Shown piece by piece: positions 31,584 to 42,144 of a DNA stretch of 64,000 nucleotides. This DNA comes from Thermodesulfobacteriota bacterium. GTDB lineage: Bacteria > Desulfobacterota > Desulfobulbia > Desulfobulbales > SURF-16. Both the position numbers and the translations under genes were made by a program. The stretch is from assembly GCA_039715015.1 (NCBI GenBank), contig JBDLIE010000007.1, positions 1 through 64,000 on the forward strand, in the 5' to 3' direction. Numbering within the stretch: the first letter of the stretch is position 1; every line of letters begins with the position of its first letter. The notes under the pieces were generated by a model, which saw only the letters and a list, made by a program, of their open reading frames with translations, was not told where the DNA came from and ran no database searches.

Positions 31584-31900
31584 AGGAGATAAGCTAAGAC
31601 TTCGAATACCCTTGGGGTGCTCCCACGGCATCATCCTAGGAAATCTGAAGCAGTTCCCTTTCACCTGCCTGCTCGTGATCACTATTTCCCTCATCATCTC
31701 ACTCTGGACGTGGCCCGGCGGCAATGACAGCAGCAGGGGTCCTGTCGGCACAAGTGGAGAAATTTTCTTGAAAAAGGAGGGAGAATTAGCGGGCATAAGA
31801 CCATCATCCACCGTTATCATATTAATCCTTTCAATTCTCCAATAATTTTAGGTAATCTGAAGCGTACATATTTATATTCATATCATTCGGCAGGACTTTT

Positions 31901-32728
31901 ATGGGTAGGCGATATTCACCTTTGAAATTAAGTAGTTGGCGCGAAAAGCTGCACAAAGTCATTTTTGGCGCTGAAACCAAAGCGGGAAAAACATTTGATG
32001 TGGTGCTGATTGCCAGCATCCTGATCAGTGTTGTTGCGGTGATGCTTGACAGCGTGCAAACCATCCAGGCCAGGTTTGGTACCGTGCTTTATTTCCTGGA
32101 ATGGTTTTTCACCCTTTTATTTACAGTTGAATACATCATCCGCATAATTTGTGTCCGGCGTCCTATCAGGTATATCATCAGTTTCTTCGGCTTGATAGAC
32201 CTTCTATCCATCCTACCTACTTATTTGAGCCTATTTTTACCTGGTGTTCAATTTTTGCTGGTCATTCGCATCCTGCGTGTTCTCCGCATCTTCAGGATCC
32301 TAAAACTCGTTCAATATATTGGCGAGGCTAATTTACTTCTACATGCCTTAAAAGCGAGCAGCAGGAAAATAATTGTTTTCTTATTCACCGTCCTCACCCT
32401 GATTATTATTTTTGGGTCGTTGATCTATATTATCGAAGGTGAAGAAAATGGCTTCACAAGTATCCCGCGCAGTATTTACTGGGCTATCGTTACCATGACA
32501 ACGGTTGGATATGGTGATATCTCACCAAAGACCAATATCGGCCAGACATTGGCTGCGGTGGTGATGATTATCGGCTACAGCATTATTGCCGTCCCCACCG
32601 GTATTATCAGTGCGGAAATGGCGCAACAGCTTCAGAGCCAGACCTGCAATCGCCCATGCCCAGCCTGTGGTTCCTGCGGCCATGATGCCAAAGCAGGCTT
32701 TTGTTATTTATGCGGCGAAAAATTGTAA
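31901..32728 (+). CDS. Voltage-gated type potassium channel (Ion_trans)
   Basis: S4-like RILRVLRIFRILK; selectivity filter TTVGYGD; C-terminal CPACG...CYLCG zinc ribbon. Confidence 0.93.
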   Translation: MGRRYSPLKLSSWREKLHKVIFGAETKAGKTFDVVLIASILISVVAVMLDSVQTIQARFGTVLYFLEWFFTLLFTVEYIIRIICVRRPIRYIISFFGLIDLLSILPTYLSLFLPGVQFLLVIRILRVLRIFRILKLVQYIGEANLLLHALKASSRKIIVFLFTVLTLIIIFGSLIYIIEGEENGFTSIPRSIYWAIVTMTTVGYGDISPKTNIGQTLAAVVMIIGYSIIAVPTGIISAEMAQQLQSQTCNRPCPACGSCGHDAKAGFCYLCGEKL

Positions 32729-32741
32729 GAGGAGCAGTTTC

Positions 32742-34109
32742 ATGAAGAAAAACCTGCGTCAGTCACCGTTGCTGCTCTCAGTTTTAATATCACTCTCAGT
32801 TTCTCTAATAGCATTTTCCGCATCAGCTGCTGAGAAAAACTTTATCCTCAGCTATAGCCCCACCGGGCTTTTTCACAAACTGGTAAGAGATCGCATCAAG
32901 GTTGTTTATGAACGGGCAGGCCTGGAGGCGGAGTTTATCCCTTTGCCCCATAATCGCTCATTACTCAGCGCTCATGATGGCGCTGTTGACGGTGACGTCG
33001 GACGGGTTCCCTCGGTTGAAGAAAAATATCCGAATCTGCGCCGCGTTAACGTCAAATTGATGGACTTGAATGGAGGGGTTTATACTACTCGTAAGGACAT
33101 CAAGGCCTATAACGGTGACTTGCTCACCAACAAGAAAGTGGGATACGTGCTCGGTGTCCGCTGGGTCCAAAAAAGGATGAAAGGTCTTGAAGCCACGAAA
33201 GCGCGCGACTATCCAGCCCTCTTTGAAATGCTCATCCAGGGCCGAATCGATATTGCCTTAGCCACTGAAGCCAGTGCCGATGCTGTGATGCGAGAATTAG
33301 GCGACAGAGCAGCAAACATCCGTAAACTTCAGCCATTCGTTTTTACCGCCCCCATTTATCATTACGTAAACAAAAAGAATGAGGCGATAATACCCCGTCT
33401 GGAAAAAGCATTATCGGAGCTTATAAAAGAAGGTTACTGGGATACCTCAAAGGAAAAAACCTATATTTTTTATACCGGGGTAAAATCCCCCCTCAAAGAG
33501 ATATTAGAGATGAGGCTGCAAGAAGCCTTTCGCCGAATTGGCAAAAAAAGCCATTTACAATCGACAGGGTCGGCCCAGAGAGCTTTGCTGCTGGCTAATG
33601 AAACCGGTGATGGCGATGCTATAAGAGTTCCTAGCATAAAAAAAATGGCCCCTGGCGCCACGAGCAACCTCCTCCAGATTCCAGAATCGATCATTGACAC
33701 AACATTCAACGTCTATACAAAGGGCAAGGTTTTTCCGTTGGATGGATGGCAATCTCTAAAGAATTATCAAAACGGTTTCAGGGGTGGAGTAAAAATCTTA
33801 GAGAAAAATATTCCTGCCAACAGGACAATATTGCCAGATTCGGAACGATTATTTCAAATGCTCAACCAAGGAAGGCTTGATACGGTCACAGAGCATAGTG
33901 TTATTGCAGACTACCTCATAACGAAATTACACCTCACAGGAATTAAAAAATTGTCACCACCTTTATTTTCAGTTCCAGGTTATAGTTTCATCCATGTTAA
34001 GCATCGCTCTTTAATTCCTGAAATTTCCCAAGTCCTTTCTGAGATGAAGACTGATGGCAGTTTCGAACAGATAAAAGATGAAGTTTTGACGCAGCTACTT
34101 GCTCAGTAG
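32742..34109 (+). CDS. Tandem two-domain periplasmic substrate-binding protein (family 3-like)
   Basis: Signal peptide from ATG 32742; two similar halves (RSL..A..G.VDG...GRID / RAL..A...GDG...GRLD). Confidence 0.82.
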   Translation: MKKNLRQSPLLLSVLISLSVSLIAFSASAAEKNFILSYSPTGLFHKLVRDRIKVVYERAGLEAEFIPLPHNRSLLSAHDGAVDGDVGRVPSVEEKYPNLRRVNVKLMDLNGGVYTTRKDIKAYNGDLLTNKKVGYVLGVRWVQKRMKGLEATKARDYPALFEMLIQGRIDIALATEASADAVMRELGDRAANIRKLQPFVFTAPIYHYVNKKNEAIIPRLEKALSELIKEGYWDTSKEKTYIFYTGVKSPLKEILEMRLQEAFRRIGKKSHLQSTGSAQRALLLANETGDGDAIRVPSIKKMAPGATSNLLQIPESIIDTTFNVYTKGKVFPLDGWQSLKNYQNGFRGGVKILEKNIPANRTILPDSERLFQMLNQGRLDTVTEHSVIADYLITKLHLTGIKKLSPPLFSVPGYSFIHVKHRSLIPEISQVLSEMKTDGSFEQIKDEVLTQLLAQ

Positions 34110-34125
34110 AGAGAGAAGGTCTTTA

Positions 34126-36303
34126 ATGCAGCAGAGTCTTAGTAGAACCCTGAACATACAGATTGGCATGGTGATTCTATGTGTCAGCATTTTCATCAGC
34201 GCCATCTTTCTGGCCTTATCAGTTCATTTAGCTGACCATGAATTTAAGGAGAACATCGCTCTTCAGACAAAGCATCTTTCCGACGCCTTCACCCAGCAAC
34301 TTTGGCTTTTTGACCTCAATTCAACTGAAAAACTCAGTAATCTCGCCTTAGATAGCCCAGATATCAAGGGATTGCGTTTGATGGATCACAACAGGAAGAT
34401 CCTTATTAACAAGGGATCTTTCCCAGGCACGTCTGTTATTATCAAAGAAGAACTCCGCTATGGAGGTGAAAAACTGGTTGGTTACCTTGAATTTTCTTTT
34501 GTCAATACTTCATGGAAGAAACAGAAAAACTTCATCTTACTAACCGGCTTCGGCATCCTTGTTGTCACTATTATTACAACTTTTCTGGCCATCACATTTC
34601 TTCTCAGACGTCACCTTGCCCGACCGCTCAAGGACCTACAGCAAGATATGAGTATGCTGGCGGATGGCAAGTTCAGGCACTCAAATCTTAGCGACCAGAA
34701 AACTGAGATTCAAAACATTATTGATGTCTTTAACAAGATGGCTTCCTCTTTAGCCCAGCGCGAAAAAGACCAATCAAAAGCAGAACAAGAGTCAAAGGAG
34801 AGCCAAGATCGATACATCTCCCTTTTTAACGGTTCAAAAGACTCTATTTTTACAACTACAAAAGAAGGCGCCTTTATTGATATCAACCCGGCCATGCTTA
34901 ACCTCACTGGATATACGAGGGAAGAGTTATTTAATATCAAGGCTATAGATACTTATGAGCACCATGATGACCGTGCAAAGTTTCAAAAAACTATTGAAGC
35001 TGAAGGCTCAGTTGACGACTACCAGCTCAACTTGGTTACAAAAGATGGCAAGGTTAAAAACTGTCTCATGTCTGCCTCACTGTGGACAAGTGACAGCGAA
35101 GAAATTCTTGGTTACCAAGGAATTATTCGAGACATCACAGAACAAAAACAACTAGAGAACCAAATCTCTCAGTCTCAAAAAATGGAAGCGATCGGCACTC
35201 TTGCAGGTGGCATTGCTCATGATTTCAACAATATCCTCAGTGTAATTATTGGCTATGCAGACTTAGCCAAGGAAGATGCTCCCCCCGGCTCCCACCTTTC
35301 CTCTGACCTGGACAATGTCATCGTCGCCAGTAATCGTGCCAAAGATCTTGTTAAACAGATTCTTGCTTTTAGCAGGCAGACAACTATCAACCCCATTCCG
35401 CTTCAACTTCAGTCTCTTATTAAAGAGACCTTAAAAATGCTGCGATCTTCCATACCGACAACCATTGAAATCAATGACGATATCGACTCTCGATGCGGCT
35501 CGGTCCTCGCTGACCCAACCCAGGTCCACCAGATTTTGATGAACCTCTGTACCAATGCCAACCATGCCATGGAGGAAACAGGCGGCACCCTCAGCATTGC
35601 TCTTAAAAATGTTCAAATCGGCAAAGAAAACCAGCAACCTTCCTTAAAAATTGAACCAGGTGAATATATTGAAATGACTGTCGCCGACACCGGCTCTGGG
35701 ATCGGCCCTGATATTATCGAAAAAATTTTCGACCCTTATTTCACCACCAAAGAAATCGGTAGGGGCACGGGCATGGGTTTAGCGATTATTCACGGAATAA
35801 TAGCCGATTATGGTGGGGCCATCACTGTCGAAAGCGACTTGGGCCGAGGAACATCTTTTCATGTATATTTCCCTGTTGTTGACCAAGAGGAATCACCGCT
35901 TGTCAAAGATAGTGTTGAGTTCTCCCAGGGCAATGAGCATGTACTGTTCATAGACGACGAGGAATTACTTGCCGAGTTGGGACAGGCCATGCTTGAACGG
36001 CTTGGCTACCAAGTAACGGTCCGGCGCAGCAGCCTTGAGGCCTTAGAGACATTCCAGAACAATCCTCATAGCTTTGACGTTATCATAACCGACCAAACCA
36101 TGCCGGGCATGACAGGTTCAGACCTTGCCAGACTCATGTTACAGGTACGACCAGACATACCCATTATCCTCTGCACCGGTTATAGCAACCTCATTGATGA
36201 AGAGACGGCAAAATCATTTGGCATAAAGGAATTTGCCTTAAAACCTTTAACCACAGGATTAATTTCAAGTTTGCTTCGCAAGGTATTGAATAGACCAGAA
36301 TAA
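34126..36303 (+). CDS. Membrane hybrid sensor kinase (HAMP-PAS-HisKA-HATPase-REC)
   Basis: 2 TM segments, HAMP, PAS, GGIAHDFNNIL, GTGMGL, receiver TDQTMP. Confidence 0.93.
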   Translation: MQQSLSRTLNIQIGMVILCVSIFISAIFLALSVHLADHEFKENIALQTKHLSDAFTQQLWLFDLNSTEKLSNLALDSPDIKGLRLMDHNRKILINKGSFPGTSVIIKEELRYGGEKLVGYLEFSFVNTSWKKQKNFILLTGFGILVVTIITTFLAITFLLRRHLARPLKDLQQDMSMLADGKFRHSNLSDQKTEIQNIIDVFNKMASSLAQREKDQSKAEQESKESQDRYISLFNGSKDSIFTTTKEGAFIDINPAMLNLTGYTREELFNIKAIDTYEHHDDRAKFQKTIEAEGSVDDYQLNLVTKDGKVKNCLMSASLWTSDSEEILGYQGIIRDITEQKQLENQISQSQKMEAIGTLAGGIAHDFNNILSVIIGYADLAKEDAPPGSHLSSDLDNVIVASNRAKDLVKQILAFSRQTTINPIPLQLQSLIKETLKMLRSSIPTTIEINDDIDSRCGSVLADPTQVHQILMNLCTNANHAMEETGGTLSIALKNVQIGKENQQPSLKIEPGEYIEMTVADTGSGIGPDIIEKIFDPYFTTKEIGRGTGMGLAIIHGIIADYGGAITVESDLGRGTSFHVYFPVVDQEESPLVKDSVEFSQGNEHVLFIDDEELLAELGQAMLERLGYQVTVRRSSLEALETFQNNPHSFDVIITDQTMPGMTGSDLARLMLQVRPDIPIILCTGYSNLIDEETAKSFGIKEFALKPLTTGLISSLLRKVLNRPE

Positions 36304-36440
36304 AGACAACATGCCTCGACTTTTGCGCCCAAAAGCGTAAAATGGCCGACATGATTTTTCTATACACCAGCCAAAAATGACAGCAGGTCGTCACTCTATC
36401 AAATCATTCCAACACCCCTTCAACCACCATCTCCCATCAA

Positions 36441-37997
36441 ATGGACATCATTGAAGTAGAAGTATTCAACAAGCTCTTTTCTTCCATCGCTGAAGAAATG
36501 GGAATTATCCTCACCCGCTCCTCATTTTCGTCAAACATCAAGGAGCGTCAAGATTTCTCCTGCGCCATTTTTGATCAAAAAGGCGAACTGGTGGCCCAGG
36601 CCGCTCACATACCTGTCCACTTGGGCGCCATGCCCCAGACCGTCTCCCATGCTCTTGGGGCCCATAGCTTTAAGAAGGGCGATACCATGATCATCAACGA
36701 CCCCTTTCAAGGGGGGAGCCACCTGCCGGACATCACCCTTATTGAACCGGTCTTTGACAATGACGAGCTTCTTTTTTATGTGGCCAGCCGTGCCCACCAT
36801 GCCGATGTCGGCGGCAGCACACCCGGCTCAATGGGACATTGCAGCCATTTTGACGAGGAGGGGGTGTGCATCGGCCCCACCCTGCTCTATCAAGCCGGAG
36901 CCCTGAATGAAAATTTCCTTTCCTCCTTTCTCAGTAAAGTGCGTAACCCTGAAGAACGCCGAGGAGATCTGCAGGCCCAGAAAGCCGCTCTAAAAAGAGG
37001 AAGGACGAGATTGCTGGAGGTCGTGGGCCGACATGGCAGCGCCCATGCCTTTACCATTTTGTCCCAGCTCAAAGCATATGGCGAAAATTTAATGCGCCAT
37101 GTACTGACAACCATACCTGACGGCACATACAGCTTCACCGACTATCTCGACAATGATGGCACAAGCAATAAGGCCATATCCCTCCATGTTGATCTTGAAA
37201 TCCATGGTGATGAGGCAATAATCGACTTCAGCAGATGCGCGGAGCAGATCCAGTCCCCTTTAAACGCCGTACGGCCGGTGACCATCTCGGCAACAATCTA
37301 TGTATTTCAATGTTTAATAGGCGACGGGTTTCCCATTAATCAGGGCTCCTACAGCCCTCTTACCATCAAGACTCGTCCCGGCTCTCTCCTGGATGCCCGG
37401 CGCCCGGCGCCGGTGGCAGCAGGCAATGTCGAAACCTCTCAGCGCATCGTTGACCTGCTTTTCGGCGCCCTGGCCAAGGCCATACCTGATCGTGTTCCCG
37501 CAGCGAGCTGCGGTTCCATGAACAACATCGCCATCGGCGGTCATAATAATAGTGGCAGTCAATTTACCTATTATGAAACCATAGGCGGAGGCATGGGCGG
37601 CAGACCGTCAGCTCCCGGGCTAAACGGCATTCACACCCATATGACCAACACCTTAAATACCCCGGTGGAGGCCCTGGAGCATAGCTTTCCGATGATGGTG
37701 GAAGAATATAGCCTTCGCCGCAATTCTGGGGGCAAGGGTCAACATCCTGGCGGTGACGGCATCATTCGCACCTATCATTTCCTGGCAGACTGTGAGGTGT
37801 CGCTCCTCACAGACCGCCGAGACACAGAGCCGTATGGCTTACAGGGTGGGGAATCTGGGAAACCGGGAGGGAATATCCTCCACAAAAAAAACGGCAGCCA
37901 AGAAAGGCTGCCGGGAAAAATCAATTTTCAAGCACAGAAAGGAGAGAGACTGACTATCAAAACTCCTGGTGGCGGGGGGTGGGGAAAGAAGGATTAA
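36441..37997 (+). CDS. Hydantoinase B / 5-oxoprolinase subunit B family protein
   Basis: DFSCA, PVHLG, NDPFQGGSHLPD, HHADVGG, AGNVETSQR, MTNT. Confidence 0.92.
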   Translation: MDIIEVEVFNKLFSSIAEEMGIILTRSSFSSNIKERQDFSCAIFDQKGELVAQAAHIPVHLGAMPQTVSHALGAHSFKKGDTMIINDPFQGGSHLPDITLIEPVFDNDELLFYVASRAHHADVGGSTPGSMGHCSHFDEEGVCIGPTLLYQAGALNENFLSSFLSKVRNPEERRGDLQAQKAALKRGRTRLLEVVGRHGSAHAFTILSQLKAYGENLMRHVLTTIPDGTYSFTDYLDNDGTSNKAISLHVDLEIHGDEAIIDFSRCAEQIQSPLNAVRPVTISATIYVFQCLIGDGFPINQGSYSPLTIKTRPGSLLDARRPAPVAAGNVETSQRIVDLLFGALAKAIPDRVPAASCGSMNNIAIGGHNNSGSQFTYYETIGGGMGGRPSAPGLNGIHTHMTNTLNTPVEALEHSFPMMVEEYSLRRNSGGKGQHPGGDGIIRTYHFLADCEVSLLTDRRDTEPYGLQGGESGKPGGNILHKKNGSQERLPGKINFQAQKGERLTIKTPGGGGWGKKD

Positions 37998-38305
37998 GCC
38001 TTCTCCTTTTCAGAAGACAAGGTACAGGTGCCCTTCTCCGCCATAATATCTTCAGCACATTTTGAGGCCAAAACACAGACACCCTTCTTATTAAGGATCG
38101 CGGCTATCTCTTCCTCGGTCAATGTGGAATTTTTCCCCTTGGAAAGGTAAACTATACAATCTTCGCAGACATGCATGGAACTGCGGAAATCTTCCATTTC
38201 CTGAACAATTTCCCAGCATTCCTTATCCAGTTGTTCGCCGGCAGGACAACTTTCTTTCTTCTGGCAACCCGTTATGGTCCAACAATGCCAATGTTCTGGT
38301 GACAT
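37994..38305 (-). CDS. Small Cys-rich protein of the two-CW type
   Basis: CWTITGC-x5-CPA...CWE...CEDCIVY. Confidence 0.7.
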   Translation of the reverse strand: MSPEHWHCWTITGCQKKESCPAGEQLDKECWEIVQEMEDFRSSMHVCEDCIVYLSKGKNSTLTEEEIAAILNKKGVCVLASKCAEDIMAEKGTCTLSSEKEKA

Positions 38306-38353
38306 ACAGTACCTCTTTCACATACTTCTTAAATAGATGACGCTACTAAACCA

Positions 38354-38944
38354 TTAAGCAAGGAACTGGTCAAGCATAGAGATGAGATTTTCCTTTCCTT
38401 CGCCGTTTTTCGCACTAAAGAGTACGCGTTCTTCGGCCCGAATACCAAGACCCGAATCAAGGAGCGCGGCCTGGCGCTGTTGCTGGCTGCGCTTTAACTT
38501 ATCAATCTTGGTATAGACAACGAGATGAGGGATCCCTTCGCTCCGCAGCCAGGTAACAAGCTCAAGATCAAGCGCTTTTAGCTCATGCCTTATATCTATG
38601 ATGACCACCACGCAATAAAGGCTGGACCTGCTGGTCAAATAGGAGCTGATCAGCCCCTGCCAATCGTTTTTTAATTTCCGAGGCACCTTAGCATAACCAT
38701 AACCGGGGAGATCAACCAGGTAAACTTGGTCGCTGGCCAGAAAATAATTCAAGGCCTGAGTTTTTCCGGGCCTTGAACTAACCTTCACCAGATTCCGCCT
38801 GTTGATCAGCTTGTTAATCAGGCTGGATTTACCGACATTGGAGCGACCAGCAAAGGCAAGCTCCGGTAAGTCTGGGGCAGGAAGGTGGGCGGTCTTATAG
38901 ACACTTTTGACAAAGGATACCTGCCCTTGGGACCAATGGCTCAT
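38354..38944 (-). CDS. engB: Ribosome biogenesis GTPase YihA/YsxC
   Basis: GRSNVGKSS, PGKT, DLPGYG, TKIDK. Confidence 0.95.
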   Translation of the reverse strand: MSHWSQGQVSFVKSVYKTAHLPAPDLPELAFAGRSNVGKSSLINKLINRRNLVKVSSRPGKTQALNYFLASDQVYLVDLPGYGYAKVPRKLKNDWQGLISSYLTSRSSLYCVVVIIDIRHELKALDLELVTWLRSEGIPHLVVYTKIDKLKRSQQQRQAALLDSGLGIRAEERVLFSAKNGEGKENLISMLDQFLA

Positions 38945-38964
38945 GAGCGTCCACCCGTGATCAT

Positions 38965-39837
38965 TTAAACAACCTTATTAAGGACGTATTCGACAATGCC
39001 CTGGGCCCCGACCTTGAGAAGCTGAGGGACAAGATCCCGCACCTCATGCTCGGAGATGACCGTCTCCACCGAGTACCACTTCTTATTGTAGAGATGGGAA
39101 ACCGTGGGAAAATTCATGCTGGGCAGAACCTCAATAATTGCCTCAAGTTTCTCCTCCGGCACATTCATCTTGAGGCCGACAATATTCTCAGCCCGCAGAG
39201 CGCCCTCTAAAAGTATGGCGATGTTTTCAATCTTCTCCCGTTTCCAGGGATCAGCCCATGCCTTCTTATTAACGATAAACTGGGTATTGGAGGTCATCAT
39301 TTCATGGATGATGCGCAGGCCATGGGCCTTGATGGTTGACTCGGTTTCCGTCACCTCAACAATGGCGTCGGCAAGGCCGGAAACTACTTTGGCTTCAGTG
39401 GCGCCCCAGGAAAATTCGATATCAACATTTATGCCCCGCTCCTTGAAGAAGCGAGTGGAATAACCAACAAGCTCGGTGGCAATTCTTTTACCTTCCAGAT
39501 CTTCAAGGGTTTTAATATCCGAGTCACCTGGAACAGCGATAATCCAGCGGGTGGGCTTGCGGCTCACCTTGGAGTAAACAAGATCGGCAATTACCTCAAC
39601 ATCCGACTGATTTTCCAGGATCCAGTCCTTGCCGGTTATACCACAATCCAGAAGACCGTCTTCCACATAGCGGCTCATCTCCTGAGGGCGGCAGATGGAG
39701 CAGGAAAGCTCAGGATCATCCACCTCAGGAAAGTAGTTGCGGGAGGCAGGTTTAATTTTCCAGCCTGATTTGGCAAAAAGCTCAATGGTGGGTTTCTCAA
39801 GGCTACCCTTAGGAAGGCCCAGCTTTAAAATATTCAT
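38965..39837 (-). CDS. hisG: ATP phosphoribosyltransferase (long form)
   Basis: LPKGSL, GITGKD, WGATE, C-terminal regulatory domain. Confidence 0.95.
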   Translation of the reverse strand: MNILKLGLPKGSLEKPTIELFAKSGWKIKPASRNYFPEVDDPELSCSICRPQEMSRYVEDGLLDCGITGKDWILENQSDVEVIADLVYSKVSRKPTRWIIAVPGDSDIKTLEDLEGKRIATELVGYSTRFFKERGINVDIEFSWGATEAKVVSGLADAIVEVTETESTIKAHGLRIIHEMMTSNTQFIVNKKAWADPWKREKIENIAILLEGALRAENIVGLKMNVPEEKLEAIIEVLPSMNFPTVSHLYNKKWYSVETVISEHEVRDLVPQLLKVGAQGIVEYVLNKVV

Positions 39838-40220
39838 TTCTTATATACCTCCTGTGGGTCAAACACAGGTTCCTGGTTCGTCTTAAGCTCCTCACCTGAC
39901 ACTGTCCGAAAAAAGCAGCTGGGATAGCCCTTGTGGCAGGCCGCGCCGCCCAGCTGTTCCACCCTGAACACCACGGTGTCTTCATCACAATCCACCAAGA
40001 TTTCCTTGATTATCTGGACGTGATTGGACGACTCTCCCTTAAGCCATAACTTGTTGCGAGAACGGCTCCAATAATGGGCCTTGCCGGTCTCAAGCGTTTT
40101 TTGCCAAGCTTCTTCATTTATATAGGCAAGCATTAGAACCTGCCCACTGGCATGATCCTGAGCTATGGCGGGCAATAACCCGTCACCCTTATCAAAACGC
40201 AGTTTAATCATTTTATTCAC
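39834..40220 (-). CDS. hisI: Phosphoribosyl-AMP cyclohydrolase
   Basis: [27 protein letters not shown]. Confidence 0.95.
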   Translation of the reverse strand: MNKMIKLRFDKGDGLLPAIAQDHASGQVLMLAYINEEAWQKTLETGKAHYWSRSRNKLWLKGESSNHVQIIKEILVDCDEDTVVFRVEQLGGAACHKGYPSCFFRTVSGEELKTNQEPVFDPQEVYKK

Positions 40221-40457
40221 CTTACGTATCTGCCTTTAGCTACCCGGCAAACAGCTTACTCTTTCAGCAACAAAAGAGCATAAATGCTTATTTCTCAACC
40301 GAAAACGATCATATGTATGATTATCAAGATCATTTGTCAAGCCGTCAGAAGCGTAAACACTTAAGTTTAGCCTATACTCCGAGAAAATTATGCTGTATCT
40401 CTCCGAAAAGACATTTTATATTTAAAGTTGCAGGTGACTTTTTTCGAAGAAGTGAAC

Positions 40458-41906
40458 ATGACTGAACAAAATGACGTAAATCCTCTTATTCTCCAGCTCA
40501 ACAAGACCCTGTCCTCCTGGCGCAAACAGGCAGAAGGCATCACTTCTGACTCCAATGTCCTGCACTGGCAAAAGGTTAACATTGAATCCTTTAACACAGT
40601 CATTGAAAGCCTTGGCCTCAACCCGCTTGAGCTTCGCAAAGCCAGGGATAATTATGCAAATTTGGCCCAAAAAGAGCTCCAGCGTGTGGCCTTTTTGGCT
40701 AACGAGCTAAACAATCTCGAATCAGACATGAAGCTTGGCCCTCTGGCTCCCGATGTTGCCTTGGCGATCGCCCAGAAAATAAAAGAGCAATGCCAAGAAC
40801 TCAAACCAGACATCGACATACTGGTCTCCTACCATAAGACTCTGGCAGAAAGCAGTAAGACCTTGAAGGAGAATCTCAATTTTCTCACCTTTCTTCCCCA
40901 GGCCCGTCTGCAGGCAAGTGGCAAGAAAAAATCACTTTTTGAAACGGGTTATAGCATTTATCTAACCATAACGGATGATGACGAGGTAGAACATGAGGAA
41001 AACATCAGCAATATGTTCAGATATTTCACCAAGGCATCTCACCTCCATGCCACCATTGCCCAGACAGATATCCCCCATCTGCCGGCCATGGTTAAATCAT
41101 TTGTCGATCAGCAGCTCAGACTTTGCCTGGAAGGCTGCGAACAGGTCAAATTTTTCATTACCTTTGTCAGTGATTATTTCCAGACCGAGCTTGAGACCAT
41201 TAAATCATTTCAAACAAGATTGGAAACCCTTAAAGAGCAATCTCTCACCGAAGTTCTACTTGAAATCCCCAGTCAAACAAATGCTGCCAGCAAATGTATC
41301 CAGGCGTTCAGCCATAAGAAATTTCTCTTGGAAGATATCCAGAAAGCAAACCGTCTCCTCACCAATATTGAAACCTTCCATGGGACGCTGACTAACTCTT
41401 TCTTCCCCTATCTCGTTGACCAGACAGATAAAAAAAACGGCCTCCTCAACCCTGTCACCCTAGCGGTTGCCCGTAGCAAAAAATACTTCACAGGCTTCCG
41501 AGGTCTTTGGCGTTTTGTCCTCATGCTGCTCTTCTCCTTTGGAGCAAACGCCATCATTTCTCAAGAAGAATTACAGGAAAAAATTGAGGAATCGATCCGC
41601 AAATGCTCTTTTTACACCAAGCAACATGGCGATGATAATCATCTAATAAATCAGTTTACCGACGATTTTTTCAGTGAATATAAACAACCCTTCCCCCATG
41701 ATGAGCTTGTTGACATCATGAAGAAATGCATCGTGACCTACGCCACAATTCTTGAGAAGGTCTACATGAAATACAAGCCAAAACAGGCTATTATTGATGA
41801 AGACCAGCCCCAAGCAGCACTTTCCCTTGGCCGCCTGGGCGCAAAGATCGAAATTCGAACCAAAAATCTTGAAAAATATCGCAAAAAATTTGAGGATAAG
41901 AAATAG
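40458..41906 (+). CDS. Hypothetical mostly alpha-helical protein
   Basis: Long ORF of about 480 aa with no motif I recognise and one hydrophobic stretch. Confidence 0.75.
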   Translation: MTEQNDVNPLILQLNKTLSSWRKQAEGITSDSNVLHWQKVNIESFNTVIESLGLNPLELRKARDNYANLAQKELQRVAFLANELNNLESDMKLGPLAPDVALAIAQKIKEQCQELKPDIDILVSYHKTLAESSKTLKENLNFLTFLPQARLQASGKKKSLFETGYSIYLTITDDDEVEHEENISNMFRYFTKASHLHATIAQTDIPHLPAMVKSFVDQQLRLCLEGCEQVKFFITFVSDYFQTELETIKSFQTRLETLKEQSLTEVLLEIPSQTNAASKCIQAFSHKKFLLEDIQKANRLLTNIETFHGTLTNSFFPYLVDQTDKKNGLLNPVTLAVARSKKYFTGFRGLWRFVLMLLFSFGANAIISQEELQEKIEESIRKCSFYTKQHGDDNHLINQFTDDFFSEYKQPFPHDELVDIMKKCIVTYATILEKVYMKYKPKQAIIDEDQPQAALSLGRLGAKIEIRTKNLEKYRKKFEDKK

Positions 41907-42144
41907 TTTCACCTCATCCTATAAGCTGCAGACCAACCTCCAGGCCCTCTTTAGGGCCAATCCCCCTGCCTCAAGCCCTTTTTTCTCCAAGCATGGAGCT
42001 TTGCGCCTTGACCAAGACAGCTTCTGTGTTATTTTCTTCACTTTCTTACTGTCACTACAGAACGTAATAGCGGCCAAAAGCTGGAGCAACTGACAGTTTA
42101 GCGTTAAAATTTCATGGATTATTCCATTTGAGGAGCTTGTTGTT

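Noticed and set aside
31525..31845. Opposing 106-aa and 92-aa ORFs
   Set aside because: No recognisable domain and they overlap the REP-like sequence; the minus-strand one has a plausible RBS but I cannot support either.
32586..32741. N-terminal extension of the 507-aa binding-protein ORF
   Set aside because: Overlaps the potassium channel gene; GAGGAG RBS and signal peptide point to ATG 32742.
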